Part shown: positions 32,801 through 44,800 of the stretch, one piece after another
Layout of the letters: each line of letters begins with the position of its first letter
Position numbering within the stretch: position 1 is the stretch's first letter
NCBI GenBank assembly: GCA_964019425.1
Contig: OZ025802.1
Span: 868,001-932,000 of the forward strand
Source: Flectonema sp. DT1601
Lineage: Eukaryota
Reading direction: 5' to 3'
DNA length: 64,000 bases
The notes under the pieces: generated by a model
What the model was told of the DNA's origin: nothing
Database searches by the model: none
Seen by the model: only the letters and a program-made list of their open reading frames with translations
Program-made: the position numbers and the translations under genes

Positions 32801-35800
32801 GTACGAGTGCGAGTGGGTGCCGAACACCCAGGAGTGCATTGAGAAGCCTTGCGTGCAGCTGACGGACTCGGGGAGCTGCGCGGCGGACGCGCAGTGCGAG
32901 TGGGACTCGGCGTGCGACAAGGATGTGTGCATCAAGAAGGTGTGCCAGCACGTGGCGATGGACCAGTGTGAACTGGACACGCTCTGCGCGTGGGTGGGGA
33001 GCGCGTGCCAGCGCAGGACTTGTGGAAACCTCGTCGACGAGAAGTGCTGCGTTGAGGACGAGCAATGCTTCTGGGACGTGTCTGCCGCACCGGGAGTTTG
33101 CAGAAAGGAGCCGTGTTTGGACTACAGTGCGGATACTTGCAACGACTACAAGAATTGCCTGTACGACAGCGGGTCCTCGAGTTGCCTGCCGAAGGACTGC
33201 AGCAAACACGACCAGTGCGGTTGTGGAAGTGACGCCGACTGCTTCTGGGTGCAGGCAGTTCAATCGTGTATCCCACAGATCTACGGGCAGTGCCCGACGA
33301 TGGACATCGTTTTGTTGATCGACGGTGGTGTGTCGATGAAGAGCACCTTCGGACGTCATCCGGTTGGGTTCTACGCGTTGACGAACGTTCTCAGGGATTG
33401 GATGATGACGCTCCCACTGAACGGGGAGTCGGCGAACGTTGGGGTGAACTCGGTTCCGGACACGGAGCAGGCGCGTTTGGCGATCGTGCAGTTTGCCGGT
33501 AGCACTGTGTTCGACAAGCCTGGGAACGACGGACAATTCCGAGTGTCATCAGTTGGTACTGGGGGAAGACTCTCTGGAATGAGATCCGAATTGATGGCCG
33601 ATTTCAAGGACCACGAGGACAACTTCATGGGGGCAAACGCAGCTCTGCAGCCAACTCCAACGAAGACCTACTTGTTGGGTGGTTTGAACAAGGCGGTCAG
33701 CATCTTCAAGACTTCACCGGTTGTTCGGATGAAGGTCTTGATCGTGATCACCGATGACGAACTCGATGACAAGGACATGTACCAGACGGCGCGTGCTGAG
33801 TTGGCGCAGATGAACGTGCAGATCTTCGGAGCGGTCGTGCGTGGATTCGATGCCAGCGGACCATCGGACCAAAATGCCGAGAGCACCCTCCGCAAGGTGA
33901 CGACCGAGTCGCAGCTTGAGCACACGGTGAACGTTCAGATTGATGGTTTGGAGGCGGTGTTGAAGAGCATCTGCGACCCATCGCTGAACTGGGGTAAGGA
34001 CATTACGAAGTACAAGGTTGTGAAGGAGAGGCAACCTTGCCAGCTGTACCACGACAAGACCAAGTGTAACAAGGACGCTGGGTGCACCTGGTACGATGAC
34101 ACCCTGAGCTGTGGAGACTCGCTGTGCCTGACTCACTGCAAGTCGAGCAACTGCACTGCCGACCGGGGGAACCTGTGCGTCTGGAACGCGACGACTGGAT
34201 GCGAGAAGGAGAAGGTGTGCGACTTCAGCGCAGCCGAATGCGCGAACCACCCGGAGTGCGGTTTTGACGGGAAGAACTGCGTTGCGAAGACGTGTGACCA
34301 CGAAAACGAACAGGGATGCCTGGCTGATCCAGACACCTGCGTGTGGAACAACTTGCAAAAGTCTTGCGGAGGGGTGCCTTGTGTGTACGACGCGGCTGAC
34401 GAGTGCAACAAGGACGTGAACTGCACCTGGAATGCGACGGGACTGAAGTGCGAGGTGGACAGGTGTCGCTGGACGACGAAGGGTGAGTGCGAGTCTGACG
34501 TGTTCTGTGAGTGGAAGAACCGCCGAAACCAGCCGGAGGAGTGTGTGCAGAAGATCTGCGTTGAGCACGCGGACGAAAACTCGTGCAGGAGAGACGAGAA
34601 CTGCGAGTGGGACACTTCGATCGCCCCGGGGATCTGTACCGAGACGTACTGCAGGACGATCTGTGGGGACTCTTGTACCTCGACGGAAAGGATTGCCTGC
34701 AATGCCGATGAAAGGTGCATGTCGAGGGACAACAACGGAACGACGAACTGCGTGAACATGAACTGCGACGAGTTGGATGCGTGCGCTTGCCACGGCGACC
34801 TTGCGTGCTTCTACCTGGCGGACGAACAGGCGTGCGTCAACAAGAAGTACGGAGCGTGCCCGACGATGGACATCGTTTTGGTAATCGACGGGTCGGGTTC
34901 GATGAGCAACTCGTTCGGTAGACATCCTCACGGATTCGACGCGATGATCTCTGGGCTTTCTGAGTGGATCGCGACCCTGCCGCTGAGCGGGGAGTCTGCG
35001 AGCGTGGTGAACCCGGCGCCGGACACTCGCAAGATGAGGGTCGGTGTGGTTCAGTTCAGCGGACGAGTTGAGGCGGGTTCGGTTGTCGATGCGGCGCTGA
35101 AGCCACCCGCGGGAGTCGGTTCGAGCGGGAGAATCACGGGAGCTCTGCAGGAGCTGAAGGATGATCTCGAGTGGCACAGCTCCAACTACGCTGCGAAGGG
35201 AACGTACGTCGCGGAAGCTCTTGGGGTGGCGGCGACGATGTTCAAGAACACGCCGGTTGGCGCGAAGAGAGCGGTGATCATCATCACCGATGGGAAGCTT
35301 CAAGACACGCCTGCTGAGATGACGCCGAGAAGGTCGGCTTTGGAGACCCTGGGGGCGCAGGTCTTCGGTATCGTCGTGAGGAGGTTCCCATCGCAGACCG
35401 ACGTGGACAGGGATGCCGAGGCGGCGCTGAGGCCGATCACATCCGCTCCGCAGAGCGATCACTTCGTGAACCTGGACATGGATGACTTGGTTTCCCAGGA
35501 CGGTCCGCTGACGAAGTTGTGTGATCCAAATTCCGCATGGGGAAAGAACATCGCTTTGTCGACGGTCGGAGGAGGACTGCACCAGCCGTGTGCGTTGTAC
35601 GCGAAGAAGCCAGGTTGCGTTGCGGATGCGGGATGTGCTTGGGGAGACCACACACTGACGTGCTCGGACACCCCGTGCATCCTTCACTGCAACAGCACCG
35701 CCTGCGACGACGATGTCGAGAATGCGTGCAGGTGGGACGCGGCTACTTCGAGTTGCTACAAGAAGGACGTTTGCAACGAGCCGACCGAGCCGTTGTGCAT

Positions 35801-38800
35801 CTTGAGCAAGGATGACTGCGAGTGGGTTGACAACAGACAGCCTCCGTGCCAGACTCGTGTCTGCAGCCACACCGACGAGATCGGTTGCCTGGCTGACGTT
35901 GTGGGTTGCAAGTGGTCTGACATCACGAAGAAGTGTACGGTCGTTCCTTGCCAAGCAACCGTTCAGTCTGAATGCGTTGGAGGCTGTGAGTGGAACGCCA
36001 CCGACGACACCTGCGTTGTGAAGAACTGCCTGTACACCCAGGAACAGGAGTGCAAGGACGACGTTCTCTGCGCGTGGTTCCCTGTCAACAACACCTGTGC
36101 TGAGCGTCCGTGTGCCAAGTACTTGTCTGAGAAGCAGTGTGACGAGCAGCTGCTGTGCAAGTGGGACGTCACGGCGCCACCGGGCAGTTGCCAGACTCCG
36201 TACTGCTCGAGGTTCAACAAGGAGAAGTGTGATGCCGAGCCGGGATGCATTTACAAGACGGGGCTCGTTGTTCCGGGATACCAATCGCCTGTCGACGTTT
36301 GTGTCGAGAAGAACTGCCGCGACATTCCGAACCCGTGTGCGTGCCAGGCGGATCCAGAATGCTACTGGGCGATCCACAACGGAGTTGGAGTGTGTGAGGA
36401 AGAGAAGTTCGGTCAGTGTCCAACACTTGACATCGTTTTGGTGTTGGATGGTTCTGGATCGATGTCGCAGTCGTTCGGACGTCATCCTCACGGATTCTAC
36501 GCGATGATGGAGATGTTGAAGACTTGGGCCCAGTCGTTGCCGTTGAGCGGAGAAGACGCGACTGTCGGAATCAACTCTGCGTTGACTGGAGCTGTTCGTC
36601 TCGGAGTTATCCAATTCAGTGGAAACCCAACGATGCTGTCACCTCAGGGAGTAGTGGTCGGGTCGAGCCAGAGGGTTCCACCTGGAGTCGGAACTGGTGG
36701 TCGTCTGTCTGGAGACCTTACCCAGGTGTCGACCGACTTGTTGTGGCAGGAGAACCACTACTTGGCGGAGAGCACTTACATCGAGGAAGCGCTCGTCGCA
36801 TCGCTCGACTTGTTCAGCGGATCTCCGCTCGACGGCAGGAAGAAGGTGTTGATAATCATCACTGATGGAGAGCTCAAGGACGCGGACAGGCTGACTGTTT
36901 CCCGTTCAAAGTTGAACCAGGCTGGAGTGATCGTGTTTGGAGCGGTCATCAGAAGGTCGGCTGCGGCCACTCCGACGGATGCTGCTGCCGAGGCGGCGCT
37001 TCTTCCGATTGTGAGCGAACCGAAGGACGGTCACTTTGCGAACTTGATCGTCGATGAGCTGCCGTTGGAGGTTCTGGACACGCTCTGCGACCGCAACGGA
37101 AGATGGGGTAAGTACGTCGTCGACAACGGAGCTGGAAGGCAGCCTTGCCAGTACTACGAATCGCAGTCACCGTGCAACAGAGACAAGGGATGCGTGTGGC
37201 ACGACAGCACATTGTCGTGTGGTAACACCCCTTGCTTCGAGCACTGTGACGAGCAGGTGTGCAATGCCGACACGGTTGAGAAGTGTCAGTGGGACAACAC
37301 GCTCGGGCTGTGCTTCAGAATCCCTGTTTGCGACTTCGACATGGAGCAGCAATGTACTGCGGACCCTTACTGCGCTTGGGATGCGGTCAAGAACTGCACT
37401 GAGATCCCATGCAAGCACGAATCCGAGGACAGTTGTTTGAGTGATCCAAAGGGATGCATCTACGATTCGATCAAGAGAACTTGCTTGCCTGACCCATGTA
37501 AGGACAAGCCTGAGCTGGCGTGCTCCCTTCTGTCGCCTCAGTGTGTGTGGGACACTGCTGCGCTGGTTTGCAAGAAGGAGGAGTGCAACAACTGCGGTGT
37601 CGACCACCAGTGCTGCAACGACTACGCGAAGATCTGCGAATGGAACTCGACTGTCTCGAGCTGCCAGCAGAAGAAGTGCGTGGAGCACGTTACGGAGTTG
37701 GAATGCGCCAACGACAACGCGTGTGAATGGGAAGGAGCGATCTCACCGGGCCACTGTACCCGTACTTACTGTGACAGGTACTCGAACACCACTGAGTGTG
37801 GACTTGACGACAAGTGCAAGTGGGATTTCGGATCGTGCATCAAGGCTGGATGCACCAAGCACACCGAGTCCGGATCGCATTGTGATTGCAATGCGGATGC
37901 CGAGTGCTTCTGGCACGACAGCACCTGCGTGGACATCAACTTCGGAGCTTGTCCAACGATGGACATCGTGATCCTCCTTGATGGTTCGACTTCGATGGGA
38001 GAGGACTTTGGCACCCACCCTCACGGATTCTATGCCGTGTTGGAAATGGTGAACGACTGGATCATTAACCAGCTTCCGTTGGCCAATTCACTGGGTCGCT
38101 ACGGAAAGGCACCAAGGTATGCTGAGGGCCTCGCCCGTGTTGGGTTCGTGCAGTTCTCGGGAGACTCGGCGCTTCTCGAACCGAACAAGCCGTTCACGCA
38201 GTCGGCAATCTTGTCGATCACCGACACCAGAGGAGGACTGACGGGATACACACCGGAGATCACTCGGGACTTGGACTGGCACCAGAAGAACTTTGCCGGC
38301 AAGGGTACGTACATCGCGGAGTCCCTGAAGAAGGCGGCCACGATCTTGTCGACGAACCCGACCAAGAGCGGTAAGAAGTTGGTGATCATCATTTCAGACG
38401 GGAAGTTTGAGGACGATCCAATTTACATCACGAAGGGAGTCGATGCCCTGAAGGCGGTTGACGCTTACGTGTTGGGTGTCGTGGTGAGAAAGTTGATAAT
38501 CCACACGAAGGTCGACCTCGATGCGGAGGCTTCGCTGAAGTCGATCTCCGACTACGTTGCGAACTTCCGTTTGGACGATGTGAAGGATGGACTGTTCAAG
38601 AAGCTGTGCAGCCCTGAGACTGTTTGGGGGAAGCACTTGGTCTCCGTTGACAGCAACTCTCACGTTCCGTGCGGATTCCACGCGATCTCTGACACTTGCA
38701 ACAAGGACACCGGATGCGGTTGGGATGATTCTTTGACGATCTGCGTTGACAGTCCTTGTCTGTCAATCTGTGACCAGCCTAGTTGCCTGAAGGCCGTTGC

Positions 38801-41800
38801 TGACCAATGCGTGTGGGATGGAAGCGAGAAGACTTGCAACAAGATCAGCGTCTGCGGTCACGGTAGCGAGATTGACTGCAACAACGACCCGTCTTGTGTG
38901 TGGGATGTGACGACTGACAACTGCATCATCACACCGTGTGACCACCACACGGAGGGAGCATGCGACAAGGATCCGGTGGGCTGTGAGTGGGATTCGAAGA
39001 AGGAAAAGTGTTCGACGAAGAAGTGCACGTACACGGGGTCGGCGAACTGCACTGCGGACACCACGTGCATGTGGGACCAGTCGAGTTCGAGTTGCACCGT
39101 GAAGCTGTGCCAGCACACTTCGTACTCGGCGTGTGACGAAGACACACGTTGTAAATGGAAGAACACGACCAAGACCTGTGAGCAGAAACCTTGCCTCGAG
39201 CACGTCGAGGAATCCGCGTGTGGCGCTGATTCTGAGTGCGAGTGGGACATCAGCGCGTCGCCTGCATTCTGCAAGCCAACCGAGTGTTCGAGATGGAAGA
39301 CCGAGACGTCGTGCACCCTCGACACTGGCTGTACTTGGGGAGGACCAGTGTCGTCGTCGAGTTCGTCGTCTTCAGCCAAGCAGTGCGTGAAGAAGAACTG
39401 TGATGTGTACGGATCGGATTCCTGCAGCTGCAGATCTGACCCCCACTGTTACTGGCAACCTGAATCCAACGAGTGCGTTGGTGTCGACTTCGGTGCCTGT
39501 CCGGGTATGGACATCGTCGTTGGGTTCTCTGGCCACGAAAAGATGATGGAAACGTACGGCAGATACCCGCACGGATACTCTGGTCTGCTGGAGATCCTCG
39601 CAACGTGGTCGAAGGCTCTTCCGCTCAACAAGGACAGCCACATCGTCGCTGCCGACAAGGCTCTCATGACGGGGATGAGACTCGGGTACATGCAGTACAG
39701 TCTTTCACCACTGACCGGTGACGAGACTACCGCCGTGCGGGGAGTTGGTGCCGAGGGACAGCTGACGGGGAAGATTGCCGAAGCCCTCGGAGACGTCGAC
39801 TACTTCAAGAGCCACCACCTCTCTGGGCACACCAACTTGGTAGGACCTTCGTTGGGTTTGGTACTCAACATGTTCAAGAGATCTCCAGCTGGTAGAAAGA
39901 AGATGTTGATCTTGTTTACGGGTCCTGCCATCGACGATTCCGACAGAGTTGCTGATGTTCGTCGTTCACTTGACAGTCTCGGAGTTCAGGTGTTCACGAT
40001 CGCATTGAGAAAGTCACCGATGAAGACCGCTGAGGAAATCTCCGCTGAGCCGTCGGTCAGCGGACTGGCATCGGTTGACGTGCACGACCACTTTGTTTCT
40101 CTCCAGTTGAGTGAAATTGAGGATCAGTTGGCTGACATGTGCTCACCTTCCTCGGACTGGGGTAAGGCCATCTTGGAATTCAGTGAGAAGCACTCGAAGA
40201 AGACCAATCCAAAGACTCGTTCATGTCCGTACTACCAACTTCCATATGAATGCAAGGCTGACCCTGGATGTATGTGGTCTGAGTCGGTTCTTAACTGCAT
40301 CACTTCACCTTGTCTCCTGCATGAGTGCAACGAGGCTGCCTGCAACGCTGATACTGACCACCACTGTAAGTGGGACTCCAGCAGCAAGGCTTGTTTCAAG
40401 GACCCGCCATGTCCGGCCACCACTCCGCAAACTTGCGATGCTGTTGGAGGATGCAAGTGGAACGCCGCCAAGCAGAAGTGTTACGAGAAGCTTTGCAGCC
40501 ACACGTCGGAGCCAAGTTGCTTGTACGACCCTGCGGGTTGTGAATGGGACAGTGCGACTGACAAGTGCACTGTGAAGCCGTGCCAGCACACTACCAACTC
40601 CACCTGTCTCAATGATGAGGAATGCTTGTGGATTGAGGGTCCGTCGTCGTTTATTTGTGAGAAGAAGCATTGCACTGGAAAGTCACCGGCGGTCGTCTGC
40701 GAGGTGGACAAGCGTTGCGAGTGGGACACCTCAAAATCCACCTGTGAATACAAGAAGTGTCAGGGATACTTGGATGAGGTTTCTTGTGACCATGACTACG
40801 AGTGTCACTGGGACGTTGCGGCATCACCTGCGAAGTGTGACATCAAATACTGTCTGCGTTTTGAGACCGAAGGCACCTGCAACACAGAACCGGAGTTCCA
40901 GTGTGAGTGGAGTTCAAATGACGGAAAGTGTAAGGATAAGAACTGCGATGACCTTACCAAGAACCCGTGCAAGTGTGGCTCTGAACACGGATGCTTCTGG
41001 GACGATGGGTCTTCCACCTGCGTGACTTCCAGTTACGGAGCCTGTCCAACGATGGACATCATTGTGGCTTTCGATGGTTCGGATGTGATTACGGGATCAT
41101 TCGGACGTCATCCAAATGGATTCTACGGTCTGTTGGAAACACTGAGAGACTGGGAGAAGACTCTGCCTCTCGGAACTGTGAAGCTCGGGTTTGTTCAGTT
41201 TGCTGGTCCGAAGTCGGCTCAGAGCTCGATTCCGGGAGTAGGAACGGGAGGTAAGACCAGTGCCAGCAGTAAAGATATTTCTGATGATCTTGATTGGCAC
41301 GAGGCTCACAGAATAAAGGGTTCGAGTGAAGCTCACATTGCCGATGCTTTGGATCTCGCTCAGAGGATGTTTGCGTTGAACAAGGATCCAGGACACAAGA
41401 AGGTCTTACTTGTGATCTCATCTGCTAAGATTGTTGACATCGGTACCAACTTGGTGGAGGCGGAGAAGAAGTTGAAGGGTGATGGTGTGAAGACCTTTGG
41501 AGTAACACTCCGTCCACAAACGGCATTGTTGAAGGATGACCAGGAAGTTCAATCGAGTATGTCATCCATCGTGTATGATTCCAGCTACCTTGTTAATGTG
41601 AAGCTCGATGATTTGAAGTACAAGGTTCTCCAGTCCCTTTGTGATGCGCATTCGTCGTTTGGAAAGAAGATCACGAGCCTCACCGTGGCGAAGCCTGAGA
41701 ACCCGTGCCATACATACCTGGAGAAGTTGCGTTGCAACGTCGACATCGCTTGCAGATGGAATGCCGAACAGGCGCAGTGCGCTGACTCTGCTTGCCTGAG

Positions 41801-44800
41801 TCACTGCTCGGAGCTCAACTGTGTCAACGACTACAGCAGTCTGTGCAAATGGGACGCGGGGAGAAACATGTGCTACAAGCAGAGGTTGTGCAACCACGAG
41901 TCGCTTGTTTCGTGCAGCAGGGATCCTGGTTGTAAGTGGGTGTCTTCCTCTGGGGATTCACCGATGTGTGTGGAGAAGTCTTGCCAGTACGACAACGAGG
42001 ACGGTTGCAATGACGACAAGGAGGGATGCGAGTGGCACGGTACCGACGAGCATTGCTACCCAAGAGAATGTACTTACACGTCGAAGGGTGCGTGTAGCAA
42101 GGATCCACACTGTGCTTGGGACAGTTTGTTGGAAGACGAGAAGGTTCCTTGGAAGGCGTGCATTGAGGTGCCTTGCGTGACGACGACTGACTTCGTGAAG
42201 TGTATTTCGGACTACAGGTGCAAGTTCAACCCAGCTGCCACTCAACAGTGCGAGAGGAGGCAGTGCGTCGACCACCCTGATGAGGTTGAGTGTGGTGAAT
42301 ATCCAAACTGCTACTGGAACACCAAGGCGTCACCGGTGTCGTGTTCCTTGAAGAAGTGCCCTGCTTACGAAGATGACCAGGCTGGATGTCAGGGAGACGA
42401 TGAGTGCTTGTGGGTGAACAGCAAGTGTGTTGAGAAGATCTGCAAGTTGATGGACAGGTGCGACTGTTCCAAAGAGAAGGGATGCTTCTGGGACACTCGT
42501 AATGCTGGAGGTGCCGTGGTTGCACATGGCGCTGACACGGATGGAAGATGTGTCGAAACCGAGTTCGGAGGTTGCCCAGAGATGGATGTGGTGGTACTGA
42601 TGGATGGGTCGGGATCGATGTCAAACCACTTTGGACATCACCCTCACGGATACTACGCGATGTTGGAAGCTCTCAGGGATTGGGTTCGTGCTATTCCACT
42701 CACCGGTGAGCGTGCCACTACTCAGGGAGCCAACTCGACAGCGCCAAATGGAGGAATCAGAGTCGGTTTGATCCAATTCTCCAAGTCTGATGAGGCATTG
42801 AGGACGCCAACCAATGTTGGAACTGGTGGAAGACTGTCGGGTGCGATCGATGAGATCCTTGCCGACGTTGGTTGGCATGAGCACCACTTCATGGCGTCTT
42901 CGACTTACATAGAGAAGGCTCTGGAATTCGCTGACAACATGTTCGGAGGGTCCCCACCGAAGCGTAAGAAGATTCTCTTGGTCTTAACGGACGGTAAGAT
43001 CTACGATGCTGGTAAACTGGGAAAGACGAAGGGTTACCTCGGAACAAGAGATGTCGAGATCTTCGGAATTGTGTTGAGAAGGTTCGAAACCAGTACGACG
43101 GTCGACAAGGACGCGGAGGAGACTCTGAAGACGATTGTCACGGCGCCAATTACAGACCACTACATGAACTTGCCGATGGACGACTTCAGCAAGGTGCTTT
43201 CGGGGATCTGCGACCCGACGACGAAGTTTGGTGGTCAGGTGTTGAAGACGGCTGCGTACGAGCTTCCTTGTATGTTCTACGAAGACGTGCGCACTTGTGA
43301 AGGAAGCAGCATATGCACTTGGAACACTTCGAATCTCCACTGCGAGGACAGCACGTGCCACAAGTTCTGTGAGGAATCGAAGTGCACGTCTTACACGGGA
43401 GAAGTTTGTGAGTGGGAGACGACGGGGAAGTACTGCCACAAAAAGTTGCCTTGCGTGTACACGGAGGAACAAACCTGCACAGCTGATGACAAGTGCTACT
43501 GGTACCAGGACGATCAGAAGTGTGGTAAGCAGCCTTGCGTGTCTGAAACGACTGAAGATGCGTGCAGGGCCGACAGGTTTGGTTGTGAATGGGACAGCAG
43601 CACTTCCCTGTGCACAGCTTTCCCATGCAAGTATTCGGTTGCTGCGACTTGTACTGCTGATGCTGAGTGTCAGTGGGACGGTGTGAGTGACATCTGTGTG
43701 CACAAACCATGTTACTACTCGACGGAGGACAAGTGCGTGAAGCACTCATCTGACTGTGAATGGGTTTCAGGAAACTGTCAGATGAAGGTCTGCGTTGAGC
43801 ACATCAGTGAGTTGAATTGCATTAAGGATTCGAACTGTGAATGGGCCACTGATCACGCACCTGGAAGCTGCAACATCAAGGTGTGCCACACGTACGGAGA
43901 CAAGACGAGCTGCGAATCAGCGCAAGCTGTTGCGGACGGATGTGTTTGGGACAAGAACAACAAGTGCGAGTACTCAGTTGATACTTGCAAGACTGTGTTG
44001 GATGACTGCGAGTGCAAGCAAACGATTGGCTGTGCTTGGGAGTCGGAGCCAGGACCAGATGTGATGCCAAGATGCTTCCCATCGATCTACAGCAACTGTG
44101 AAGGAATGGACATGGTCTTCTTGCTCGACGGTTCCTCAGACATGAATGCGCAATTCGGACGCCATCCAAGTGGATACATCGGACTCCTCGAGACGATGGC
44201 TCACTGGATCAAGCAGCTTCCACTTACGGGTGAGTCAGCCAATGTGGACGAGACTGCAGCCCACAAGTCAGGAATGAGAGCAGCGTTTGTTCAATACAAT
44301 GCTAAATCCAGTGCCCTCCGTACTCCAAGTGCTATCGGTGCTGGTGGAAGACTCTCTGGAAGTGAGACGGAGTTGCTGAATGACCTCGACTGGCACACGG
44401 CGAACCAGATCGCCAAGAAGAACACCACTGCGGACTACGAGAAGGACGACCACTACTTGCAACACGCTCTTGATATGGCTGCTAAGATATTGGAAGGTTC
44501 AGCGTACGACAGAAAGAAGGTTGTCATGATCTTTTCTGCTGGCATCATCAGCGACAAGGATTACCTCAGCAAGCCAAAGCTTCTCCTGGACTCCATGCAC
44601 GCCTCGACTTTTGCGGTTGGTATGCGCCGACACGGTGCCTCGACTCACAAGGATGAACTCGTGTTGGATGAGTTGAAGCCAATCGTAACTGCTCCAAAGG
44701 ATGGCCACGCGATGAGCATCTCGTTCGATGACTTGGAGAAGGAAGTCCTGACTCAGATCTGTAACGAGGACAACTTGTTCGGATACTTCTTCGTTGAACA

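Noticed and set aside
33714..36614. 966-aa minus-strand ORF, and other long antisense ORFs such as 27135..28736 and 32292..33536
   Set aside because: Shadow ORFs antisense to the GC-rich, codon-biased giant CDS; low-complexity R/V/A/L composition with no recognisable domain.
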